This document shows positions 14,239-26,155 of a DNA stretch of 64,000 nt, piece after piece. Both the position numbers and the translations under genes were made by a program. Source of the stretch: Neoconidiobolus thromboides FSU 785 (lineage: Eukaryota; Fungi; Entomophthoromycota); assembly GCA_025603075.1 (NCBI GenBank), contig MU626314.1, forward strand, positions 51,523 to 115,522, in the 5' to 3' direction. The number at the start of each line of letters is the position of its first letter. Positions within the stretch are counted from its first letter, which is position 1. The notes under the pieces were generated by a model. It was given only the letters and a program-made list of their open reading frames with translations, had not been told where the DNA came from and did not search any database.

Positions 14239-14830
14239 TTATTTGGAATCGACCCATCCGTTACCTTTATAACCTTCAGAGGTATAACCAGAGATAGGAT
14301 TGGCCTTTTGTTCTTTCATATATTCATTAGTGGCCTCTTGCCATTCTTTAGTCATAGTATGTGGTTGTGGGTTACCTAAAAATATTAAAATTTCGTCTTA
14401 AAGATAAAAAATTTACTTACCAAGGGCACGGATTCCAACGAAAGATAAACCTCCAGCAACCACGATAGCAATGGTTCCAAGGAAGACATTGAAGCCAACT
14501 TTTGGAGCTGGTTCACGAGGACCATGAGGACCGAAAGCAACATAATAAGCTAAATTAAGCTTTTAACATTATTTAAGTTGAAATTTAATAATATAATTTA
14601 CAAGCACGCTTTTCTTCAACTGAAAGTTTAGACCAGTCTTGCTTTTCTAATAGTTCAATTTTAGCAGTGAGCTCTTCTTGTTGTTGTACTGAAAGTCCCT
14701 TCCAAGAGTCTTCAATTGAGTTAAGAACGCTGGCTGGGATAGCGTTATTTTTCATTATTTTGGAAGTGGTGAATGAACGAGCTAAGCTAGCAGTTCTTAA
14801 ATTACGTAAACTTGTAAATGCACGAGACAT
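14239..14830 (-). CDS. COX5: Cytochrome c oxidase subunit IV family (yeast Cox5 / mammalian COX4), 3 exons
   Basis: Mitochondrial presequence-like N-terminus, LEKQDWSKLSVEEKRA, YYVAFGPHGPRE and PHTMTKEWQEATNEYMKEQKANPISGY. Confidence 0.92.
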
Positions 14831-15498
14831 CTTTAATGACTAATATTTTGATTAGCTTGTTTAATTTAGCTTTATAACTTTTTTACCAAATAATTCTAAA
14901 AGAGATATTTGAATCTTTCGTTTTATTGATTTGTGATTATGGCAATTATCTCTCAATCACCAATATCTAATCTTGAACTAGATTCCGAATAGCCAATCAT
15001 TTATCGATTTTGAAATTATGTAAGCCATAATTTGCTAGAGTAAATGGTGACTCTAATCCTGCATTATGGGATTTTTTATAGCATCATCAATCTTAGATAG
15101 TTTTTGATGTTAAAATTTATTCTTTAAAATTAAATGGTAAATCAAAAACAACTATAAAAATCACAAAAACTGAATGTTTTGGTTATTTTAAACTAACATG
15201 AAATACATATAAATGGTTACTACACTACCATTAAAATTTTAAATACTCAGCACTACTATTCATTCGAGAAAGTCAAAATGACTTATCATTTAATAAAACA
15301 AAAATTAAAGAATATATGAATTGTTTGACAAATATAAATATTTATGATATTTTATTTAACATAAAGTAAACATAATGTTTTACACAAAAAAGCAGTTGAG
15401 AATCGCATTATTTTGATAATTTAATAATATAGATAAAATTAATTGATGTTTGTTACTTAAATTATAAGCTACTCAAACAAGAGAATTAAGCTTTAAAC

Positions 15499-16685
15499 CT
15501 ATGCTGAACCATCATCAGAATCTTTATCTTCTAGATCTACTGGCTCAGCAGTACCTAAATAAAGTGATTTGACCGATTTTTTTTGAAGCGTTCTTAATTT
15601 ATAACCACCAGCTTTAGCTCTAATAATAAATTCAGGATTTGGCTTCCAACGGATTTCCCTATATCTTTTCTTAAATTTGGGCTGATCTTTATCTAACAAA
15701 TGATATTTAACAATAGGATTAAACAACCCTTTCTTCTGCTTATTCCCCTGTTGAAGTTTAAGAAACTCTCTGTAAGATGTCACCTGCTCTTTTTTATCTT
15801 TATTGGTTACAACAGTGTCATATCCTATCTTTTGTTTCTTTGACGCTAATTCTTCAAATCGTTTTACAATCTTATCGGCAGATTCTGCAGAAATAGTAAG
15901 GTCATTGATAAGTTCTTCTTTATCAAGCAGCTTTTGTTCTTCTTCTTTATTAATCTTTTTTAAATAAGCATCTTTATCCTTTAACTTTCTTTCCCTTTCA
16001 TCTGCCTGTTCCTTTTTAAATTGTTTATCTTGGTCGGCCTAAAATAAAGTTAATTTATAAAGGGAATGAAACAAGGAAATTGGACCTTTAGCTTATGATT
16101 ATATTTAATTTGTTCAGCATTTGCCTCTCGATATTCTTTGATTTTTTTTTCGGTTTCTTCAATGTCAATATTGTTAAATAGGTTATATACTGAACTATTA
16201 GCAAAGTAAAATAATTTCTAAAAAATCATACTTATATCCTCTAATTCTTCAAGATAATCGTCATACTCCCTTGTTGTTTCAAAATCGTTCTCATTTTTAT
16301 TGTAGCTAAACTATTAATTAAATTATAATGTAAGTAAAGACCAATTTACTATTGAGCCAACCGCTTTCTTATACGAACCTCTTTCTCTACTGATAGGTCT
16401 TCAAAAGTCAATGATGAAAAAGAATTTTTTCTTAACGTTGTTTTACAAACTGGGCAAGGGCCAGAACTTATCCCATATAGCCTATCAACACAAGCCTCAC
16501 ACCTAGTAAAGTTGAATAAAACTTCAAATTCTAGTATAATTGTATTACATTTTATGAAAACAGTCACTAACAACAAGTACCATATTTGGATTCAGATATC
16601 GATCACTTTTACAGTTAGGGCATACATCGTTTAAATCCGATATCGCTGCTAATTTTGCTACGCTTTCATCAATCAACTGGGACAT
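15499..16685 (-). CDS. TFB3: CDK-activating kinase assembly factor MAT1 / TFIIH subunit Tfb3 (RING finger)
   Basis: CPNCKSDRYLNPNM...CFHKM|CEACVDRL...CPVCKTTLRKN...FEDLSVEKEVRIRKR, and C-terminal RAKAGGY. Confidence 0.92.
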
Positions 16686-17674
16686 TTTTTTAAAAAGAAA
16701 GAAAAATAAAATTGATCTTTAATGTGATTTTTATTAACTTGCTAAACTAGAGCGTAAGCAAAAAATGTCAAACTAACAATTTTTGATTTAATAACCTAAT
16801 ATGGTAAATTTGATTTTGCACTTAATTTCATATTTTAAATTGTGATAGTAAATTTTCAATGTCTATTAATTTATGCTATAGATTGGTATAATAATAAACC
16901 TTCATATTGTTTGTTGAATAATAAATATTTTTAGGATAAAATATTTATAAATCAAGCGCTATACTTAATAATAATAACCGCTTTAGTTAACTTTAAAGTT
17001 ATAGATAAGCATTTGATGTATTAATAGCTTTTAATTTTCAAATTAAATATTGAGAAGTTAATATATTGCTTGTATCAATAAACTAAATTTTCATAAAAAA
17101 TAAAAGTATCAATACCAATAATTTCTCCACTTGTTCAGAATTATTAAAAATGTTTATAAATGTTAAACTTTATTTGAAAATAAATAGATAGATAGATAGA
17201 ACATTCAGTATAAAAATTTTACTAGAGTTATTTTTATATTAATATGATAAATGATACAAATTTTATTATCAAACATAAATAAAACTAAGCTCAACAATAA
17301 CATTCAATGTAATATTGTTTTGATAAGTTTTAATTTAGAGAATGGAATACAGCTCAAACTAAGATATGAATTTACTAAAACTAAACTAAAAAGTCCTTTT
17401 ATTATTGAAGTTAAAAGTAATACTGATAGCTGCAAAATTCAGCTCTTTTCAGTATTTAGATTTATGAATGAGATGCTTACCTGATTAAACTTTCCCTTTC
17501 ATGCGTTTAACTAAATCCAGTAAAAGCAAGGGAAGAATTTCTGAGAAATGTATCTAATTAAAGCCATATCAACATTTCTCTGTAAATTTCCTTTTCCTTT
17601 TAAATAAGCCTCATTGTCATCCTCTTCATCCTTGATTCGCTTTCTTTTGATAGTAATTTGGGAGAATACAATAT

Positions 17675-17769
17675 GGGGATGTTTTTTAATTTCATTACTT
17701 TTCCATTTTTTAAGCAATATTTGAGTAGAAAAATTATTAGTAAAATCTTAAGCAAAAAAATACATCCCC
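17675..17769 (+). mobile_element. MITE copy A (GGGGATG...CATCCCC, ATAT target-site duplication)
   Basis: atat|ggggatgtttttt...aaaaaaatacatcccc|atat, 95 bp, with the shared internal core ttttcca..taagc..tatttgagt.gaaaaatt. Confidence 0.85.
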
Positions 17770-17852
17770 ATATCGTAAGCAAACACTTTTTGGAAAATGT
17801 GTAAACCACTATCTCTAATAATATATATAATTAATTATGTCTCTATTAACAA

Positions 17853-17924
17853 GGGCGTATAGCTCAGTGGTAGAGCAATCGACTGCAGATCGATAGGTCC
17901 CTGGTTCAAATCCGGGTGCGCCCT
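17853..17924 (+). tRNA. tRNA-Cys: tRNA-Cys (GCA), intronless
   Basis: Cloverleaf: acceptor GGGCGTA/TGCGCCC, D arm GCTC/GAGC, anticodon stem ATCGA/TCGAT with loop CT-GCA-GA, T arm CCTGG-TTCAAAT-CCGGG. Followed by a TTTT terminator. Confidence 0.97.
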
Positions 17925-17949
17925 TTTGTAAACAAGCCTTATCTTAATA

Positions 17950-18030
17950 TTTTTTGGTTTCATTACTCTTCAATTTTAAGTGCTATTGAGTGGAAAAATC
18001 TTAGTGAGTTTAAATGAAAAAGACATCTCC
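17950..18030 (+). mobile_element. MITE copy B, degenerate, left terminus lost
   Basis: tttttggtttcattactcttcaattttaagtgctattgagtggaaaaatc...gacatctcc|aaat matches the family core and right end. Confidence 0.65.
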
Positions 18031-18146
18031 AAATCTTAAAATGAAATATTAAAACTATGTTTTTTGAGCAACAAATTTCAGAATGAAAAAGAATACAAAA
18101 TCATTTTAGTTAAGCATCAACCTTTATTAACCACTTTCACATCCAT

Positions 18147-21100
18147 TTAATCGACCAATTTCCAAGTAGGTAACCAATTACGAGATTTAAATTCACTGGA
18201 TGGGAAATCCATACCAAAAGTCATTGGTGAAAAGTAAATAAAAACTACTGTAATAGCAATAATAACAACAGAAAATACAATCAATTGAACTTGGGGAGAT
18301 GAACGCTTAGTGATATGATCTAAGATAAATGGAAGGGCAAAGATAGCAAAATAAAGAGCTGGGAAATAATGATGAACATACATGACACGTCCCATTATAT
18401 AGTATGGGAAGTACTGGAAGAACCAACCTAGGATGATCATCTTGGTAACGTACACAAAATGTTCCCATTCATCTAGTTAAATTAGTTTGTAATAACAAAT
18501 AGTTAGTGCTTTGTTACCTTTATACCATTCACGGAAACGGCGCTTAAACCTAATCATATAAAATACATTGAATGAAACAAGTATTACTAAAGCTAAAGTA
18601 GATGACCACCAAACCAATGGGTTACCAAGCATGTAGAACTTAATATCAGTATCGCCCCAACCACACATACGAATACCTTTGAGCATTAAAGGCCAGTGAT
18701 AAGGTTGAGAAGTAAGTGCATCAAATTTATCTTCATCAGGGGTAAGAGCATTATTAGTATTCCACATAGCAACATTCAAATGGAAGAAATTTTTAAGGAA
18801 AGGCGACTTTAAACGTGAACCTTCAGCTGGTTCTTGTACTAATAAGATGTTAGAAATCAAATGCAAAAACTATAAGTTTTAACTTACATCTCTTGTTCCA
18901 ATGAGCTTCAATATTCCAAAGAGTATTATCGGATGATGTTGGTTTCTTTTTACAAGTTACCTCGCCTTGACTAAATCCCCAATCTGGTAATCTGTTACCA
19001 GTAGAAGTAAGATAACAACCAGTATTATTGTGTCTTAGCTTAAAACGTGTAGATAAGATTCTTAATACGCCATCCTTATTCCCAACAAGATCGTCATAAA
19101 TTTCAACAATCCAATGGTCATTAGAATCTCCAGAATAACGCGATGCATATCCACTCACTTCATAATCTTTTTTTGATACTGGGGCGGGTATATTGTGAGA
19201 ATGTAGATTAGCTTTAGTTCCCATATGGCTGAGTCGAATGATATCTCCATTGCGAATTAATTGTACTTCTTCTTCAAGATCTTCATCAGCATCAAGATAA
19301 TCATTAACATAAGCTGGCTTTTCAGGCTCTTCTTCCTTTTCTTCTTCCTTTTCTTCTTCCTTTTCTTCTTCCTTTTCTTCTTTTTTGTCCCCTTTTTCAT
19401 CTTCTCTTTCACCTTGATTTTCATTGTTTTTCTCGCCTTGGCCATTTTCCTTTCCATCATCTTTTTTATCACCCTTTTGGTTAGCTTCTGCCTTTACTTC
19501 CTCTTCCCTGTCAGTCTTTTTATCTTTTTCAGTACCCTCAGAGCCAATAGAAGGTTCTTGATATTTAGCCTCGTTATTTTTAGCTATTGGCTTATCACTT
19601 GATACTTGTTTTGATGGATCTACTTTAACATCCTTGTCTTCATCGGTTGGATCAGCAACAACACTTTCTTCAATAACTGGTAAAATAGAAACTTTCATTT
19701 CATCCAAATTTTCTTCTTCTATCTCTTGCTGACTTCCTTTCTTTGGTCCAGATTCTTTCACTTCATTTTCACTTACTTCTTCTTTTAATGAATTTTCTAC
19801 TTTTTCTTCAGCAGTGTTTGGTTTAGGCTCATCTGGAATCTTAGGCTTAGGTGGACTACCAGCCTTCTCCGGACTTTCAATATCATCAAGACCACGACGT
19901 GCTAATTTACGTTTAGGTTTTTCTTCTTTAATATTTTCTTTAACCTTAGGCTCTTCATCTTCTACTGTATCATTTTTGTTCTCAGGGGCTTTTTCTGCCT
20001 TGTCTTCTTCAACTTTAGTTTCATCAGATTTATCTTCTTCCTTCTTAGACTCTTCGGATTTATCTGAATTAGATTTCTCTTCATTTTTATTTTTGCTTTT
20101 ACGAGCTAAGGTAGTAGTATGATCTCTTAAAAATACCCAATCATTATTACTATCTGAATGAGCATAAGTAGTAATCTGATGTTGTTTAGAACCTTCTGGA
20201 TAAAGGGAAGGATGAGAGTGAAGAAGAGCGCCACCAAAGGAATAACTTTTAATAGTAACTTTTGACCCATAGGCAACTTCAAGCGGACCTTTTCCGATTG
20301 GGGAACCTTCAAGTCCAGCTTGGAAAAGAGAAGGCATATTAGAGTCGCCATCACCAGAACCAGATAGTAATTTGAAATGAACATAAAAGGAAGCCATATA
20401 AATTAAAACTGGTATAACAATAAGACCAATAATACGTGCTACCCAATGGCCAAGGTAAGAAGTAGTACTAATTTTCTTATCTCCGAATTTCTCATACAAA
20501 TCTTCAATTGTATAGTATCCAACCAAGGCAACTGTAAAGAAACCAATCCATTTAACACCTGATGCTAAGCCAAGAGATATACCAGTACCAATTAACCAAT
20601 AAAGCCATGTTAAAGAAAATGGTCTATTGAATTAATAATTAAATCAAGATTATATAACTACTGTATTATAGATAGAACTTACTTGTCACGATTAGCATGG
20701 AACCCAGTAATAAAATAAAAGGATAAAGCACTAAAACCAAGCACCATAGAATCTAACAAAACAAAACGACTAATCACACAAAGAGCATTATCTAAGCAAA
20801 TAATGTTAGAATAAGTAACAAAGTGCACTAATAGAGTATTGACATACCAAACAATACCATAACTCCAGCTAAGAAAGCAGCTTTACGAGACATACCCATA
20901 TTTCTAGCGGTCCCATAAGCTAAAGGCACCATAATAATACCAAAAAATGCATGAAAAGCTCTCTGAAATCCATAATTTAAATCTTCTGGATATTGTTGAC
21001 CAGAATCAAATTTAAATGTACCATTGCTTCCTGAAATATATCCACCTAAACCAACTAACATTTTACCAAGTGGTGGATGCACATCATGGTAAAAGAAATG

Positions 21101-21591
21101 CACGATATAATATGCGCCAAACTATATAAAAATATGAAATGTTATATAAATATTAAAAATTTCATATCAAATAGTTATTTTACCTTTCCAAAATGAGCCT
21201 ATTAATATATGTCAGTTATTATATTTAAAGTACTCAAATTATTTATATTACCTCATCCCAAACCACTTTATTACTCATTGTAATTTTATAAAGTCTAGTA
21301 AAAAATGATAATGCTGTTAAGATTACCACTAGGGCAAGTCCTTTATATGAGTTATCAGTAGTAATCTAGAAACGAAACGGAATGAAATTAATTTATTATT
21401 TTTAAAAAAATTAGAAAAATTACTTCTTGAGCTACTTCACTATCGCTATTGACTTTTTTATTTAAAAAGAGATACTCTCCTTCATCTTTGTTGGTTGGAT
21501 GAGAAGTATAACTATTGTCTTTGCTTTCTGCTTTTTCGCTTGGAACAGGCTTTGCACCTCGGTACCGAAGCGTATCGGTATCAGTGTTCAT
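18147..21591 (-). CDS. PMT2: Dolichyl-phosphate-mannose:protein O-mannosyltransferase, PMT2 subfamily, with a large charged insertion in the MIR domain
   Basis: VVWDE|AHFGK|FGAYY, DVHPPLGKML, MIR repeats (LLHSH..YPEGSKQHQIT; IRLSH..T..NLHSH; FKLRH..TGCYL), YMLGNPLVWW, YVHHYFPALYF. WDEAHFGKF is the PMT2-type signature. Confidence 0.93.
19330..19385 (-). repeat. 12-bp coding tandem repeat (EEEK)n inside the PMT2 insertion
   Basis: Repeated ttcttccttttc units on the plus strand; translation KKEEKEEEKEEEKEEEKEEE. Confidence 0.9.
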
Positions 21592-23237
21592 TTTCTACTT
21601 TTAATATATGAATGATGGATTTGATTGTGTTTTAAAAAAGAATATCAACTTTATATTATATAGATAATATTTGTTGAAACACTTACTTTTCAACTATCAA
21701 TTAATAATAATAAGAGCTAATTATTGTTTTATTAATGGTTAGGAAATTTTTATGGGTCCAATCAAAAGATACTACATTTTGTCAAAAAAAATTGTTGACG
21801 TCTATCAATTTAACCAATTACTAAACGTCTCCTTATTAAAGATTCTGATTGATTTGCTATCAGTATCCTTTATTTAAGATCGTAGCTGAATTGTTAATAA
21901 ATTATTTCTATTAATAAATTTCGATTAATGTATAAATAGAATATATTCGTAGGAAAATTCTGAATGTAAAAGTAATAAGATAAATGAAAATAAATAAATA
22001 AATTTAAGATATATTATATTACCATTATTATTATTAAACAAATAGCACTATAAGTATCTCACTTAAACTATTCCTTAATTCAAGCTATATTGTTCTTTTG
22101 ATATGTTTTTATGATAAAGCTTTGGATATTATAGATAAGTAGCCTGAACTTTCAACTATAATTCATAAACCGTTTCTAACTCTTATCCATCAGCAAAACT
22201 AGATAGATCAAATCAAAAGTTTTAAGAATTTTTTTTAACTCTAAGGGCATCTTAAAAATTTTGACTTAGATATTAAAATTAAATATAACCTTTATTGTGG
22301 CAAATTTTCAAGTTTCCAGCTCTCTTCATAAAAGTGATATTATTGTAACAAAAATTGAAGAATGAAAAAGTCGAAAATAAAAACAAAAGTTAATTATGTA
22401 TTTAAAGAAACTTATGAACCTATAACAGTCTATTCAGAAAAAAGTGTTCTTTCAGAAACTATTACATACTACTTACAATAACAATTTAAAAGCAAGAAAT
22501 TTAAGGTTAAAGGTAGGTCTGAGTAAGTAATCTCAAAAATAATTTGATACACTTTCAAAATATAATAATACAATGGTTGATCTAAAGTAACTTTAATGTT
22601 CATATAAAAAACAGCCCACTTAATAATTAGTTCAAGTAAGTTTCAAAAGGGAGTTTGCTAGTTTATTTAAGTTGAGATTGCTGACTTATTTTAAATAGTT
22701 CTAATTATTAGCAAAACCAAAAAATATAAAAATAAGTTTTATAGTTCTATTACTAAAATATTTTATATTTTTTCCACAGCATTATAGTCCATAACAAACT
22801 ACTAAGATATTTCTACTAGCTTTCAATTAATCTGAATGTAAAGATAAAAGTCTACAAAAAACAAGACTTTCAATTGATTTTACATTTTAAAAACTGTTGC
22901 TAATACTTTTAAAATACTTAAAAAAATTTTGAGTGATAAAAAAACAAATATACTATCAGAAAAATACAGTTCAGGACTACTATTACATGAGTTTTTATAA
23001 TTCATGAGAAACAAAGTTGCCATTAAATTGATTAATAGAACCTTTTTTAGTAAGTTAATTTTTATGTCTGAAAAAAAGATACTATCTTTTCTTATTTTTT
23101 TAGTGTTTTTCCTGATTTTTCCTACTTCTAGATTTTAAAATTTGAAACTTTTGGTCAATTTTACATTATAAAAAATATTTTATAACGCAAATTTATAGAA
23201 TTTTTCTCTTTATTTTTAGTCCTATTAATATATATAT

Positions 23238-23335
23238 GGAAACGTTTTCTTTGGCTTCATTGCTTTTTCATCTTTTAAGCGGTATTTGAGTGGAAAAATT
23301 ATTAGTGAAATCCTTGAATACAAAAGTACATCCCC
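23238..23335 (+). mobile_element. MITE copy C
   Basis: atat|ggaaacg...gtacatcccc|atat with the family core. Confidence 0.85.
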
Positions 23336-23758
23336 ATATGATAAATAAGTTGTTTAAATTAATGTTTTTAATTTTTTCCGGCTGTTAAAGTAACATAACA
23401 AACTATAAAAAATAAGTAATATATAAGAAAATATTAAAGTAGAATTAGAATTGAATGTACTTTATTCGACAATGTTTGAAATATAAGATGATTAAAACCA
23501 AATGTTTATTTATATAATGATGTACTTAAATACAAAAATTATATCTGAATAAATAAAAAATAAGGAAATACTTGTCTTATATTTGTAATAACTTTATAAA
23601 TAGTTACATCAAACTCTTTATAAAGAATATTAATTTTAAATTTAGGCATACTATAACATATATATCAAATTATTTCTATTCTCAATAACCCTGAAATCAA
23701 AATATTAGCAATGTAGAGTTAACAGTCTCTAAAATCAATCAAGGCTTCCAAAATATAT

Positions 23759-23854
23759 GGATGTTTTTTTTGGTTTCATTATTTTTCCATCTTTTAAGCG
23801 CTATTTGAGTGGAAAAATTATTAGTAAAATTATTAAACAAAAAAACACATCCCC
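23759..23854 (+). mobile_element. MITE copy D
   Basis: atat|ggatgtttttttt...aagcgctatttgagtggaaaaatt...acacatcccc|acac (right TSD mutated). Confidence 0.85.
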
Positions 23855-24086
23855 ACACTGTATGAAATTAATCAATGGCTTATTTAATATATTTGATATA
23901 TTTTTAACGTCTCTGACTTGGACAATAGTCTGGTAAAATTTTAAATAATATTTAGCTTTATTATTTATTTTAAAAAAATGCTAACGGTTTTTCAAACTAC
24001 TGCATATGGCTTCTGCATTTATATTTAGTCTTGTATTGGCTTGGGCTTAGTTGCTAATCTAAAGTGAGTTTTGCTTATATCTATTT

Positions 24087-24181
24087 GGGGATGTATTTTT
24101 TTGTTTAAGAATTTTACTAATAATTTTTCCACTCAAATAGCGCTTAAAAGTGGAAAAGTAATGAAATTAAAAAACACCCCC
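24087..24181 (-). mobile_element. MITE copy E (ATTT direct TSD)
   Basis: attt|ggggatgtat...aacaccccc|attt, reverse orientation. Confidence 0.87.
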
Positions 24182-24371
24182 ATTTTTTGTTTTTGTTTTT
24201 TGAGCTGTGACACATAACATAGTAAATTCCTTATTGGTCAAAGCTATGAGTATTTTATTGGCTGAAAAAATTATAGCATCTCATCAAGTCATCAAGCTCA
24301 AATACAGTGTTAAAAATTCAATCTCACTATCTATCTTAGTCATTAATTTATTTGGATACATACAGCAAAAA

Positions 24372-24781
24372 ATGCCCGAAACAACTTATGCGATTACTGA
24401 AAACAATAAAAATGGCAATAAGTTAAGATGTATAGAACCAAGTTGCAACAGTTTAATACTACGAAAAAACAAAGCGGAATTAGTAGACAACGTTGAGCTA
24501 CCAGAGGTTAGTTTAGTTTCCTAGAATAAAATCAAATCACAAGTATACTATACTGACTACAGCTAAACTCTATTATTTAGGATTATCCAGAAAAATCAAG
24601 TACAGAATGTTGGAAAATAGCGGATGTATTTGATTTTGATAACATCTCCTACTCGAAACTTTATAAAGACAAGCTTAAGTTTTTAGCTTGTGCTGACTGT
24701 GAGAAAGGACCTTTAGGATACCAGATTGTAGGTGAAAAGCATAGCTATCTATTTACAAATAAAGTAAAATATGACGAATAG
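24372..24781 (+). CDS. DSS4: Mss4/RABIF/Dss4-like Rab guanine-nucleotide exchange factor/chaperone, 2 exons
   Basis: NGNKLRCIEPSCNSLIL...|...WKIADVFDFDNISYSK...FLACADCEKGPLG, with zinc-binding CxxxxC and CxxC. Confidence 0.88.
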
Positions 24782-24884
24782 AATTGTTTAAACTTATAAA
24801 GCCTTCGTTTTTAATTTTAATTATTATATTTTATATTTATTTAAGTGACAAAAAAGAGCAGTAAAACCAAAGCTGCATAAACGC

Positions 24885-26155
24885 TTAATCATAAACAGAT
24901 AATTCGTCGAATGAATCATACTCTGTATCACCATCCGAATCTTCAGTGTATTCAGATTTATTGAAGTTTAAGCTTGAAAGGTCTGTCACCGAGGCAATCG
25001 AGCTGATATCCGAGCCCGAATTTTTCGTTTGCTTTGTTTGGCTTGTTTTTGCACTTTTCATTGTATTTCCTGATCTTAATGAACTTGTTTCCGAACCTGG
25101 TTGTGACTTTGATAGTACTGACTCTTGATAGAAGATACACTCCTCTGGTGCCATCTAGTAAAAACGTTAGTATTGATTTAAAATGTTTAATAGAACTGAT
25201 TACATCTTCAACATTATCTGGGTTTCCCCCACATGCTTTAAACACAGACTTGATTGACGGGAAAATGGCCGCTCCCTATGTCTTATTAGTATTATGTCAA
25301 ATTAACTATACGTTTATCTACCGTTTGTTTATACTCGTACAGCAGTCCCTTTTCTCCAGCCCCAACTACGTATGTCCCACCTAATTGACTATTGTTTGTT
25401 TAATATATGTATATATTTATTAATGAATTAAGCGATTACAATCCATCTCCGTTCTAAATAAAGGTAAGTAAAAGCACTAAAAAAGTTATAAAAGGCTTAC
25501 AAAATCACCACTGATACCCAATTTAAGGGCGGCAGAAACAGCAGCTCCTGTTAATGATATTAATATTTTAAAAAAGAGTGTAATGATAGTCATACTTGAT
25601 GCAGAAGTGAGCAAATCGGATAGACCAACAAGGATAGACATTTTGGTTAAGCCCAATGCTTTATGTACAGTTTTATCTGTGTCTAAAAACAACTCCCATT
25701 CCCAATATTTACCATCTATAAATTCCTAATGTAGTCTGTAAATAATTAATCTTATCCACCATATGGCTTAATTTACCTGAAGTCCAACTTCTTCAAATCC
25801 AATGCCTATTAATCTTACACCAAGTTTATCTAATGGAATCCGTTAATTGTTTATCTACTAGAAAACACTTCCAACACTTACCAAACTCTGGTTTTAAATT
25901 TGAGAGCAATCTGGACTCATAACTAAACATGGATTTTTAATAAGCATTTAATATTCAACATACAATTAAAAATTACCGACACAATGGACAGCCAAATCTA
26001 CGCAATACTTTAAGGATCACAGTATTATTCTTCCATAGATCGGTGATCAGAATACTGTCTCCAGTTAATGCTTGGACTTTAATACCCTGTAAGAATACTG
26101 GCTTCTTTTTTTGAAATGGTTTAAAGTTGGTGATCTTTTTAAGTAAGGATGGCAT
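24885..26155 (-). CDS. AhpC/TSA-like redoxin (peroxiredoxin-like 2 / FAM213 family) with an S/T/D/E-rich tail, multi-exon
   Basis: LWKNNTVILKVLRRFGCPLCR, VRLIGIGFE, LFLDTDKTVHKALGL and GDGFQLGGTYVVG...LLYEYKQ. Confidence 0.85.

Noticed and set aside
17672-17772. Reading the MITE as a Tc1/mariner element with a TA target duplication
   Set aside because: Copies E, G and O show direct ATTT/ATTT or AAAT/AAAT flanks, which a TA duplication plus longer inverted termini cannot explain.
2164-20122. Antisense or alternative-frame ORFs in the track (2164-2349, 8191-8517, 8938-9288, 12471-12677, 19257-19472, 19261-19602, 19814-20122)
   Set aside because: They are shadows of real coding exons. The F- or K-rich ones mirror the (EEEK)n repeat.
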